Shown here piece after piece: positions 9,854 to 18,001 of a stretch of 64,000 nt of DNA (the first letter of the stretch is position 1; every line of letters begins with the position of its first letter). Where the stretch lies: contig LNFF01000031.1 in NCBI GenBank assembly GCA_001464585.1, forward strand, positions 1,094 through 65,093, given 5' to 3'. The DNA comes from Gammaproteobacteria bacterium Ga0077554 (GTDB lineage Bacteria; Pseudomonadota; Gammaproteobacteria; Ga0077554; Ga007554). The position numbers were made by a program, and so were the translations under genes. The notes under the pieces are model-generated. The model saw nothing but the letters and a program-made list of their open reading frames with translations. It had not been told where the DNA came from and did not search any database.

Positions 9854-10480
9854 TCAGGGCTTGCTCGCCAGGAAATCCACGATCTGTAAAAACCGTTCAT
9901 TTATTCCACCCGCCATCTGACCATCTACCCGGTATTTACCGTTCACAACAATAGACGGCGTGGAATTAATGCCATAGCGTTTCGTCAATTCACGGGCGCG
10001 GCGCACCTTGCTCTCCACGGTAAACGAATTGAATACTTTTTTGAAATCTGCATTGCTTACACCCTGCTCAGCAAACAGCGCCATCACTGCCGCTTCGTCA
10101 TTCATCTTGCGCTTTTGCGCATGAATGGCGTTAAACAGCGGGTTATGGATTTTTTCCACTACGCCCAAGGCTTCGGCGGCATAGTATGCCTTGGCCAGCA
10201 CCGCCCAATCCTCACGGAAAATCACCGGCAATCGCACAAATTTGACATTTTCAGCCTTGTTTTTCAGCCAGCGCTCAATATATGGCTCAAAGCGATGGCA
10301 ATGCGAACAGGCGTAGGAAAATAACTCCAGCACTTCAATTTTCTCTCCGCTCACCGTGGGCTGCTGGGGCGTAATCACCTGATAATGCACGCCCTCCTCA
10401 AAAGTGGGTGAAAAAAGCGCTGCCGACGCTGACAATGGCAGCAACATCATAACAAAGATCATATTTACCACATACTTCAT
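9854..10480 (-). CDS. dsbA: Thiol:disulfide interchange protein DsbA
   Basis: It has a signal peptide (MKYVVNMIFVMMLLPLSASA) and the thioredoxin-fold active site FSYACSHCHRFEP (CxxC). The start was moved to ATG 10480. Confidence 0.85.
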   Translation of the reverse strand: MKYVVNMIFVMMLLPLSASAALFSPTFEEGVHYQVITPQQPTVSGEKIEVLELFSYACSHCHRFEPYIERWLKNKAENVKFVRLPVIFREDWAVLAKAYYAAEALGVVEKIHNPLFNAIHAQKRKMNDEAAVMALFAEQGVSNADFKKVFNSFTVESKVRRARELTKRYGINSTPSIVVNGKYRVDGQMAGGINERFLQIVDFLASKP

Positions 10481-10648
10481 GTATTTATTCCCTCTATGCT
10501 GACTGAAAAGCTTTAACAAGCTTCGCCATTATTTAACAAGCTTCGCTTAAGACTATGCAACTTATCACACTAACGCAATAGGCCATGCCATGATATATTT
10601 GGAATATATTTGCTATGCTATGGACAACTAAAGCCAAGGAGTGTTGCC

Positions 10649-11137
10649 GTGACAAAAAAAGAAATTAATCTGGCGCAGTTTCTCAGCCATCACCACCTGT
10701 GTGCATCACTCACGGTTACAGAAGTAGAGAATCTGCTTAACTACCTGGAATTTGTGGAGTATAAAAAAGATGATGTCATTGCGGACATCGGTGATGTCGG
10801 CGAAGCCCTGTATTTTGTCGTAAAAGGTGAGGTGGCCCTGATACACGATGACGGTAATCAGACGCTTGAAGTCGGGCGTATGAAAGAAGGTGAATTAATG
10901 GGCGAGATGTCATTTTTTGACCGCCAACCGCGCATGTTGCGCGTGGTCGCCACCACCGACGAAACCCAGCTTCTGAAACTGCCGCGCGTCATGTACCAGC
11001 GCCTGCGCATAGAACGTCCTTATGTGGCGGTAAATCTGCTGGAACATGCTATTATTAGCCTCGACCATCTGGTGCGCCACGTCAGCGAAGCGGAAGCCAG
11101 CCTGACGCGCTATATTTTCGGGCCAGGTAAGCGTTAG
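10649..11137 (+). CDS. Cyclic-nucleotide-binding domain protein
   Basis: The cNMP-binding fold motifs are present (...GDVGEALYFVVKGEV...GELMGEMSFFD...PRMLRVVA). A GTG at 10649 is preceded by AAGGAG. The TAG stop (11135-11137) lies at the boundary of the 141-bp repeat element. Confidence 0.7.
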   Translation: MTKKEINLAQFLSHHHLCASLTVTEVENLLNYLEFVEYKKDDVIADIGDVGEALYFVVKGEVALIHDDGNQTLEVGRMKEGELMGEMSFFDRQPRMLRVVATTDETQLLKLPRVMYQRLRIERPYVAVNLLEHAIISLDHLVRHVSEAEASLTRYIFGPGKR

Positions 11138-11280
11138 AACCTGTTTAGAATCTCGATCAAGGGATGCAGCGCAAGGCGGAAACGGGCGAAAAAGCGGAGT
11201 GTACACGCAGTACATGAGCATTTTGAGCTTGTTTCCAACGCCGCGATGCGCCCTTCAGCGAGATTCTAAACAGGTTCTTA
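11134..11280. repeat. MITE-like palindromic element, copy A (141-bp core flanked by TTA)
   Basis: The core is 11137-11277. Its 19-bp terminal inverted repeat is perfect (gaacctgtttagaatctcg / cgagattctaaacaggttc). TTA is present on both flanks. It is clearly homologous along its whole length to 18312-18458. Confidence 0.85.
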
Positions 11281-11359
11281 GAATTCAACGCCTGGAAAAT
11301 TAATGTATCCCCTCTCCTCAACCCCCTCCCGCTGTGCAGGAGGGGGGGTAAAAATCACT

Positions 11360-12043
11360 ATGCTCAACCCCCTTTACCGACGCGCCGTCTTCACACTGGG
11401 CGCACCTACAGTTGCCTATCTACCCCCGGACAGCGGCTATGAAGTGGCTTTCGCTGGACGCTCCAACGCCGGAAAATCCAGCGCCATCAATAGCATAACT
11501 GGACAAAAAGCCTTGGCGCGGGTCAGCAAAACCCCGGGACGTACCCAGCATATCAATTTTTTTGAGCTGGAAGCCAGCAGTCTGGATTCCACATTAAATC
11601 AGGGTCGTCGGCTGGTTGATCTGCCCGGTTATGGCTATGCCAAAGTAGCGCACAGCGTTAAAGAACACTGGCAGGCCGCGCTCGAAGAATATCTTAATAC
11701 CCGCCAATCACTGCAAGGGCTGGTGATTGTCATGGACATTCGCCACCCGCTCACCCCGTTTGATCAGCAAATGCTGGACACCTGCCAACATGCCCGTCTA
11801 CCCACGCATATTTTGCTGACCAAAGCCGACAAACTCAGCAAAGGCGCGGCGGGCGCCACGCTGCAACAGGTGCGTCGGACGCTTACCGAACGCTACCATG
11901 AAGACGATGCGCCGCTGCCCACGACACAGCTTTTCTCCGCCCTGCGCGGTATCGGTATTGAAGATGTGCATCGGAAATTAGATGAATGGTTAAAACTGAA
12001 AACGGCGATTAAATCCGACGCCGTGACAATAGCAACTGATTGA
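11360..12043 (+). CDS. engB: Ribosome-biogenesis GTPase EngB (YihA/YsxC)
   Basis: G1 motif GRSNAGKSS, then [13 protein letters not shown]3 DLPGYG and G4 LTKADK. The start was moved to ATG 11360. Confidence 0.9.
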   Translation: MLNPLYRRAVFTLGAPTVAYLPPDSGYEVAFAGRSNAGKSSAINSITGQKALARVSKTPGRTQHINFFELEASSLDSTLNQGRRLVDLPGYGYAKVAHSVKEHWQAALEEYLNTRQSLQGLVIVMDIRHPLTPFDQQMLDTCQHARLPTHILLTKADKLSKGAAGATLQQVRRTLTERYHEDDAPLPTTQLFSALRGIGIEDVHRKLDEWLKLKTAIKSDAVTIATD

Positions 12044-12053
12044 TTTAAAGCCA

Positions 12054-12180
12054 TAAAAAAAGCCCCGGCACCAAAAAGGGGGAAAGCGCCGGGGCATAAA
12101 ACACCCGGCTTGGGGAAACCGGGTGGTAAAAAATTCTGTCCCGGGAGGGATAGGACAGAACAGCGCGAAAATCTCGCAAC
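12054..12180 (-). ncRNA. Candidate small RNA, copy 1 (four hairpins, C-rich loops, intrinsic terminator)
   Basis: Read on the minus strand, there is a 5' hairpin gcgagattttcgc. Next come hairpin ctgtcc-tatCCCTCCcg-ggacag, hairpin cacccgg-tttCCCCaag-ccgggtg and terminator gccccggc-gctttCCCCCtttttggt-gccggggc followed by T8. Confidence 0.6.
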
Positions 12181-12312
12181 CTATACCTGAGACGCCAGGC
12201 TTTCCGTAAAGTTCACGGCAAACACCAGAATTTTTATTGAATGGCCTGATTTGTGCAGGTCGGCAATAGAGACTATATAAAACCCATACGGTTCAAATAG
12301 CTGGGAGGGCAT

Positions 12313-12441
12313 AAAAAAATCCCGGCCTTCATAAAGGGGGAGAAGGCCGGGACAAAGAGCACCCGGTTTGGGGAAACCGGGTGCAAGGGGTTTCCGTCCC
12401 GGGAGGGGGTGGGACGGATAAGTGTGAAAAATCACACTATA
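12313..12441 (-). ncRNA. Candidate small RNA, copy 2 (same architecture as copy 1)
   Basis: Read on the minus strand, there is a 5' hairpin agtgtgatttttcacact. Next come ccgtccc-aCCCCCTCC-gggacgg, gcacccgg-tttCCCCaaa-ccgggtgc and terminator tcccggcc-ttCTCCCCCtttatgaa-ggccggga followed by T7. The stem sequences differ from copy 1 but the pairing is kept. Confidence 0.6.
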
Positions 12442-12490
12442 CTTAGTTAATGGGGATGACGATCTTCAACTTCAAGGGTACAAAATTTCT

Positions 12491-12520
12491 AATTTTAACC
12501 CCGCTACTGCATAAGCGGGG
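12491..12520 (-). terminator. Hairpin immediately after the polA stop codon
   Basis: On the minus strand, ccccgc-ttatgcagta-gcgggg is followed by ttaaaatt, which is only a weak U-tract. Confidence 0.45.
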
Positions 12521-12521
12521 A

Positions 12522-15368
12522 TTAATGCGCTTCGTCCCAATTATTTCCAATACCAATATCCACCACCAAAGGTACGGCTAAATTAGCGGCACACCCCATG
12601 CATTCTCTGATGCTGATCACGGCGCGATCAAGCACTCCCTCGGCCACTTCAAACACCAGTTCATCATGCACCTGCATGATCATGCGCATTTCAGTGCCGC
12701 CGTGGGAAACGGCTGTAGAATTACGCGCAATCATCCCATCTGTCTTGAGCATGGCAAGTTTGATTATATCCGCCGCCGTGCCTTGCATGGGCGCGTTGAT
12801 GGCGGCACGCTCGGCATATTGGCGGCGCTGGCCATTGCGTGACTTGATGTCCGGCAAATACAGGCGTCGACCGAACAATGTTTCAACATAACCACGCTCT
12901 GCGGTTTGCGCGCGCGTGGCATCCATAAAAATCTTTACGCCGGGGTAACGTGCAAAGTAACGGTTCATGTATTCCTGTGCGCTGCTGCGATCCACATCCA
13001 GTTGCCGCGCCAGGCCAAAGGCAGACATGCCATAAATCAGACCAAAATTAATGGCCTTGGCGCTGCGGCGTTGATCGCTGCTCACCTGATCAACCGCCAC
13101 ACCAAAAATTTCTGCGGCAGTGGCGCGATGAATATCATCGCCACGCGCAAACGCGCTCAACAACCCGGCGTCTTGCGACAGGTGCGCCATGATGCGCAAT
13201 TCAATTTGCGAATAGTCGGCGGCGACAATTTTATATCCCGGTGGCGCGATAAACGCCTGTCGTATGCGCCGCCCTTCGGCGCTGCGAATCGGAATGTTCT
13301 GCAAATTAGGATTCGAGGAAGACAAGCGCCCAGTGGCGGCCACCGCCTGGTGATACGAGGTGTGTACACGACCGGTGCGCGGATCAATCTGTGCGGGTAA
13401 TTTATCAGTATAGGTTGATTTCAATTTGCTGAGCGTGCGCGACTCCAGAATCAATTTTGGCAAGGGGTGGACGAACGCCAATTCCTGCAAAACTGATTCG
13501 CCGGTGGAGGGTTGGCCAGTGGGCGTTTTCTCGATTACAGGCAAGCCCAGCTTATCAAACAAAATCATCTGGATCTGCTTGGGCGAATCAAGATTAAACG
13601 GCTGCCCTGCAACCACATAAGCTTGCTCCTGAAGGCTCAATATTTGCCGCGCCAGTTCATCGCTTTGACGATGCAACATCTGCGCGTCCACCAGCACGCC
13701 ATTGCGCTCGATGCGTGATAACACCGGCACCAGTGGCATTTCGATGTCATCAAACAATTTCTGCAAGCCCGGCTCGGCGCGGAGGCGCGGCCAGAAGACG
13801 TGATGCAAACGCAGCGTAATATCGGCATCTTCGCAGGCATAGGGCGACGCCTGCTCCAGCGCTATTTGATTAAAGGTGATCTGACGCGCGCCCTTGCCGG
13901 CGATGTCCTCAAAATGCACGGTCTTGTAGTCGAGGTGCGCCAACGCCAGCGTGTCCATGTCATGACGCGAGCCAGTGCTGTTGAGCACATAGGATTCGAG
14001 CATGGTGTCATAGCGTATGCCCGCCAGGGTAATCGCGTAATTGGCAAGCACGCTCATGTCGTATTTCAAGTTCTGCCCGAGCTTCGACCGCATGGCATCT
14101 TCCAGCAGCGGTTTAAGTTGCGCCAGCACTGCGTCACGCGATAACTGATCGGGTGCGCCGGGATAATCATGCGCCAGCGGCACATACGCCGCTTCGCCCG
14201 GCTGCACCGCAAACGACACGCCGACAATTTCGGCCTGCATGTAATCCAGTGAGGTGGTTTCGGTATCAAAGGCAAATAATTCAGCTTGCGCAAGACGCGC
14301 CAACCAGTGGTCGAGTTGCGCCTGCGTGAGCACGGTATCATAGCGGCTGGAAAGTTGCTCCTGCATTTCCAGCACTTCCGCCATCCGTGGCGGTCGAATT
14401 GCAAGCGGAACGGGATCTGTGGCGAGAACTGCAACGGGGACATCACGGGCGATGTCCCCCTGTTGCACAACATCAACACCCTGTTCCTCCTGCCCGACAA
14501 GTTGCGCTGTATCTGCAAGCTGCGCCAACCAGGTCTTGAACTCCATGCGCTTATACCATTCGCGCAAGGTACTTACGTCCGGCGGTTGGCGATGCAGATC
14601 AAGCGGCGCCACCGCCAGTGGCACATCGCAACGAATCGTGGCGAGTTGCCGCGACAATGGCAGCAGGTGCATATTCTCGCGCAGGCTTTCACCGACTTTG
14701 CCACTGATCTGATCCGCATGCGCCACAAGATTGTCCAGCGTGCCATATTCCTGCAACCATTTAGCGGCGGTCTTGGGGCCAACTTTGGGAATGCCAGGAA
14801 TATTGTCTGAGGTATCACCCACCAGCGCCAGGTAATCAATGATCTGCGTCGGCGACACGCCAAATTTTTCAACTACCCCCGGCACATCCAGCGCGGTGTT
14901 GCTCATGGTGTTAATGAGTCTGACGTGGCTGTCAACCAGTTGCGCCATGTCCTTGTCGCCTGTTGAAATCACGGTATGCAATCCGGCCGCCGTGGCTTGC
15001 GTTGCCAACGTGCCAATCACATCATCGGCCTCGACGCCGTCCACCATCAATAACGGCAATCCCATCGCCACGACAATGGCATGCAGCGGCTCGATCTGGC
15101 TGCGCAAATCATCCGGCATGGGCGGGCGGTGCGCTTTATATTGCGCAAACAAATCATCACGAAATGTTTTGCCTTTGGCATCAAACACCACGGCAATCCG
15201 GTCTGGCTGATAATCTGCCAGCAGCTTACGCAGCATATTGGCGACGCCGTACACTGCGCCAGTCGGCTCACCGCGCGAATTAACCAGTGGCGGCAACGCA
15301 TGGAAGGCGCGATACAGATAAGATGAGCCGTCGATCAGCAGCAACGGCTTGGGAGAAGTTTCAGTCAT
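12522..15368 (-). CDS. polA: DNA polymerase I
   Basis: It has the 5'-3' exonuclease N-terminus (LLLIDGSSYLYRAFHA), a 3'-5' exonuclease domain (FAFDTETTSLD) and polymerase motifs (DYSQIELRIMAH, QVHDELVFE). ATG 15368 is preferred over the TTG at 15380. Confidence 0.97.
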   Translation of the reverse strand: MTETSPKPLLLIDGSSYLYRAFHALPPLVNSRGEPTGAVYGVANMLRKLLADYQPDRIAVVFDAKGKTFRDDLFAQYKAHRPPMPDDLRSQIEPLHAIVVAMGLPLLMVDGVEADDVIGTLATQATAAGLHTVISTGDKDMAQLVDSHVRLINTMSNTALDVPGVVEKFGVSPTQIIDYLALVGDTSDNIPGIPKVGPKTAAKWLQEYGTLDNLVAHADQISGKVGESLRENMHLLPLSRQLATIRCDVPLAVAPLDLHRQPPDVSTLREWYKRMEFKTWLAQLADTAQLVGQEEQGVDVVQQGDIARDVPVAVLATDPVPLAIRPPRMAEVLEMQEQLSSRYDTVLTQAQLDHWLARLAQAELFAFDTETTSLDYMQAEIVGVSFAVQPGEAAYVPLAHDYPGAPDQLSRDAVLAQLKPLLEDAMRSKLGQNLKYDMSVLANYAITLAGIRYDTMLESYVLNSTGSRHDMDTLALAHLDYKTVHFEDIAGKGARQITFNQIALEQASPYACEDADITLRLHHVFWPRLRAEPGLQKLFDDIEMPLVPVLSRIERNGVLVDAQMLHRQSDELARQILSLQEQAYVVAGQPFNLDSPKQIQMILFDKLGLPVIEKTPTGQPSTGESVLQELAFVHPLPKLILESRTLSKLKSTYTDKLPAQIDPRTGRVHTSYHQAVAATGRLSSSNPNLQNIPIRSAEGRRIRQAFIAPPGYKIVAADYSQIELRIMAHLSQDAGLLSAFARGDDIHRATAAEIFGVAVDQVSSDQRRSAKAINFGLIYGMSAFGLARQLDVDRSSAQEYMNRYFARYPGVKIFMDATRAQTAERGYVETLFGRRLYLPDIKSRNGQRRQYAERAAINAPMQGTAADIIKLAMLKTDGMIARNSTAVSHGGTEMRMIMQVHDELVFEVAEGVLDRAVISIRECMGCAANLAVPLVVDIGIGNNWDEAH

Positions 15369-15600
15369 GGGTATTCGCAAATCTAATAATTAAAGGATCG
15401 ACAACCAGAAGCAGGTAGCTCCAGGCAAGGGTATCACGGATGCCAGTGGCACCGTAATGCACAACGAGCACAATGCCAGTAACCACCGCCTATGCCGCGC
15501 CGTTTTTTTGGTTTATCATGGGATGAACCGTGCCGATACTATACTAGAAGCCTGTCCACCTACGTGCCCACCATCACTTAACATTGGCAACACACCACTT

Positions 15601-16326
15601 ATGAATGCAGAAGAAAGATCGGTTCACCCCAGTTTCCAGAGCATTAATGACGCCGCGTTGACGCGCGAGTCGTGGAAGATTTTTCAGATCATGGCAGAAT
15701 TTGTGGAAGGCTTTGAACGCCTGTCGCAAATCAAACCCTCCGTCAGCATCTTCGGTTCGGCGCGCACGCCAGTGGATCACCCCTATTATAAACTCGCGGA
15801 AGACATTGGGCTGATGTTGTCAAATGCGGGGTTCAGCGTGGTGAGTGGTGGTGGGCCAGGCATTATGGAAGCGGCCAATAAAGGCGCGTTTGCGGGTAAA
15901 TCGCCCAGTATTGGCCTGAACATTGTGCTGCCGCATGAACAAGTCACCAATCCATACCAGAACATTTCTTTGAATTTCAGGCACTTTTTTTCACGAAAAG
16001 TAATGTTTGTGAAATATGCCTCAGCTTATGTAGTGTTACCGGGCGGATTTGGCACGCTCGACGAGCTGGCCGAAATTCTGACATTGGTGCAAACGCATAA
16101 AACCCGGCAGATCCCGATTATTCTGGTGCATAAGCCCTTTTGGGAAGGCTTGCTGGCGTGGTTTCAAAACACGCTGGTGATGGAACACGTTATCAGCCCT
16201 GGCGACATGAATCTGATGCAAATTGTGGATACCCCGCAAGAAGTGGTTGACGCAATTTTCAACCACTATGAGCATCGCGGCTTTGAACCCTCGGCAGATG
16301 AAAAAGCCACGCTGCTGGATCTCTAA
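15601..16326 (+). CDS. LOG/TIGR00730-family Rossmann-fold nucleotide-binding protein
   Basis: The GGGPGIMEAANKGA and PGGFGTLDEL motifs are present. The start was moved to ATG 15601. Confidence 0.8.
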   Translation: MNAEERSVHPSFQSINDAALTRESWKIFQIMAEFVEGFERLSQIKPSVSIFGSARTPVDHPYYKLAEDIGLMLSNAGFSVVSGGGPGIMEAANKGAFAGKSPSIGLNIVLPHEQVTNPYQNISLNFRHFFSRKVMFVKYASAYVVLPGGFGTLDELAEILTLVQTHKTRQIPIILVHKPFWEGLLAWFQNTLVMEHVISPGDMNLMQIVDTPQEVVDAIFNHYEHRGFEPSADEKATLLDL

Positions 16327-16353
16327 TCTAAACGGCCATTGGAGTCAACGACC

Positions 16354-16704
16354 ATGCGTTACATTGTAATTATTCTGGCATCGTTTCTCACCCCGGGTTT
16401 CGCGGTCGCCGCCGATGTTGCGGCGCCGGTCGATGCCGCAGCGCCGGCCGATCTGCCGCCCCCACCCACGGACAGCCTGGACGGCGAGACTCCAGAACCC
16501 GAGGTGCGCATTATCCGCCGACCGCAGGAAACCGTGGAAGAATACCGGGTGGGCGGCGCGCTCTACATGATAAAAGTCACCCCCAAACAGGGTGTCGCCT
16601 ATTATCTGGTGGATACCGATGGCGATGGTAACCTTGAAACCCAGCACAATGCCCTGGAGCCGCGCATGGCGATCCCCGGCTGGGTCATATTGCGCTGGAA
16701 GTAA
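16354..16704 (+). CDS. DUF2782-like small secreted protein
   Basis: It has a signal peptide and a conserved core (VRIIRRPQETVEEYRVGGALYMIKVTPKQGVAYYLVDTDGDG). It sits between polA and thrB, as in other proteobacteria (from memory). Confidence 0.65.
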   Translation: MRYIVIILASFLTPGFAVAADVAAPVDAAAPADLPPPPTDSLDGETPEPEVRIIRRPQETVEEYRVGGALYMIKVTPKQGVAYYLVDTDGDGNLETQHNALEPRMAIPGWVILRWK

Positions 16705-16765
16705 CTTACGTAATCATCACCCATAGTTTAAAATATCAGGCATATCCCACTAAAAAAGCCCCCAC

Positions 16766-17725
16766 ATGTCTGTCTACACGCGCATTGAGCGCAATGATCT
16801 TGAAGAGTTTCTGCACCATTATCCGCTCGGTACGCTGATAAACTTCGAGGGAATCCGCGCCGGCATTGAAAACACCAATTATTTCGTCACAACAACTACG
16901 GCTGGCGCACCTCCCGCGCAGTTTGTGTTAACCCTGTTTGAACAGTTGAAGTATGATGAACTCCCCTATTTTCTTGACTTGATGGCTTTTTTCGCTGAGC
17001 GTGGCATCCCCAGCGCGCATCCCCTCGCCGATCACCAGCAGCATTATCTACGCATATTACACGGCAAGCCCGCTGCCCTGGTGCAACGCTTGAACGGTGG
17101 GAGCACAGAATATCCCACCCCCGCACAGTGCCACGCTCTGGGTAACGCCTTGGGACGCATGCATGTAGTGGGGCAGGCTTACCCGGCACAGCGTGCCAAT
17201 ACCCGTGGACTTGCGTGGTACCAAAAAACCATGAGCAACGTGTTACCACGTTTAACTACATCAGACGCCGCCCTGCTCCAGGAAGAAGTGCGCTTTCAAA
17301 CGGCGTTTCACGCCACCCCGGCCGCAAACGCCTTGCCACGCGGGGTGATTCATGCTGATTTATTTCGTGACAATGCCTTGTTTGTGGGAGACACCCTCAC
17401 GGGCATTATCGACTTTTACTACGCCTGCAACGACGTGCTGCTATACGATGTGGCAGTTACGGTAAATGACTGGTGCAGCCAGCCTGATGGCACTTTGAAT
17501 GACGCTCTCACCCCCACGCTGCTGCAGGCTTACCAGCAGCAGCGCCCCCTTGGCACCGCCGAACAGGACGCCTGGCCCGTGATGTTACGCGCTGCCGCGT
17601 TGCGGTTTTGGCTGTCGCGGCTACATGATTTACACTTCCCCCGCACCGGGGAAATTACCCATACCAAGGATCCTGAGGTATTCAAACACATTCTTGTACA
17701 AAGAAAGCACAGGACAACTTTATGA
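16766..17725 (+). CDS. thrB: Homoserine kinase, ThrB type II (aminoglycoside-phosphotransferase fold)
   Basis: MSVYTRIERNDLEEFLHHYPLGTL...GIENTNYFVTT... and the catalytic VIHADLFRDN are characteristic. Confidence 0.85.
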   Translation: MSVYTRIERNDLEEFLHHYPLGTLINFEGIRAGIENTNYFVTTTTAGAPPAQFVLTLFEQLKYDELPYFLDLMAFFAERGIPSAHPLADHQQHYLRILHGKPAALVQRLNGGSTEYPTPAQCHALGNALGRMHVVGQAYPAQRANTRGLAWYQKTMSNVLPRLTTSDAALLQEEVRFQTAFHATPAANALPRGVIHADLFRDNALFVGDTLTGIIDFYYACNDVLLYDVAVTVNDWCSQPDGTLNDALTPTLLQAYQQQRPLGTAEQDAWPVMLRAAALRFWLSRLHDLHFPRTGEITHTKDPEVFKHILVQRKHRTTL

Positions 17726-17797
17726 AACATAGCTATAGAAAGTGATAGAAATTTGATGGATTAACGCTAAGTTATTGGTGTCATACTGAATTCTGCG

Positions 17798-17832
17798 TTA
17801 TGCACAAAATCTGTGGATAACTCTGTGGAAAG
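17798..17832. promoter_or_regulatory. Cluster of three DnaA-box-like 9-mers
   Basis: TTATGCACA (17798-17806) fits TTATNCACA. TGTGGATAA (17812-17820) is the perfect reverse complement of TTATCCACA. TGTGGAAAG (17824-17832) matches at 7 of 9 positions. All three lie within 35 bp of a non-coding stretch that looks AT-rich by eye. Confidence 0.45.
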
Positions 17833-18001
17833 TTTGGGGTCACAGGCTGTAAACGGCTATTACAGTAGTGTTACAGCCGCTTTGGACAAAAAACGATCTA
17901 AAATAATATCATTATTAAAACAATAAGTTAGGACACATAACGAAACCCTGTCAATTATCAGGCGGGGTGATGCCCCTTAAACCCCGGAGCCTGCGTGTAT
18001 T

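Noticed and set aside
10512-10546. Two 15-nt direct repeats (tttaacaagcttcgc) 20 bp apart upstream of dsbA, a possible regulator site
   Set aside because: The repeats are real, but I cannot link them to any known operator. They overlap the region that the longest dsbA ORF would translate, so there is too little to support a functional call.
10910-11221. ORFs 10910-11221(-) and 18190-18399(-) share the peptide M-L-x-YCVYTPLFR...PCAASLDRD, which suggests a small protein family
   Set aside because: Both lie antisense across the two MITE copies. The shared peptide is a by-product of the repeated DNA, not evidence for a gene.
12181-12435. 84-aa minus-strand ORF in the engB-polA spacer
   Set aside because: It runs through sRNA copy 2 and the spacer up to copy 1, including the terminator hairpin of copy 2. 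It has no RBS or recognisable domain, and its sequence (Pro/Gly-rich) simply reflects the C-rich hairpin loops. The RNA interpretation explains the conservation pattern better.
12598-15326. Numerous 60-170-aa ORFs inside and antisense to polA, with similar nested ORFs in gspD, gspE, ybbP, gltX and cysS
   Set aside because: They are embedded in long, well-supported genes with clear family motifs. They look like the spurious alternative-frame ORFs common inside long genes and contain no recognisable domains.
17726-18001. Replication origin (oriC)
   Set aside because: Only three DnaA-box-like sites are present. There are no repeated AT-rich 13-mer-type unwinding elements and no dnaA, dnaN, gidA or parAB context. 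I kept it as a possible DnaA regulatory or titration site.
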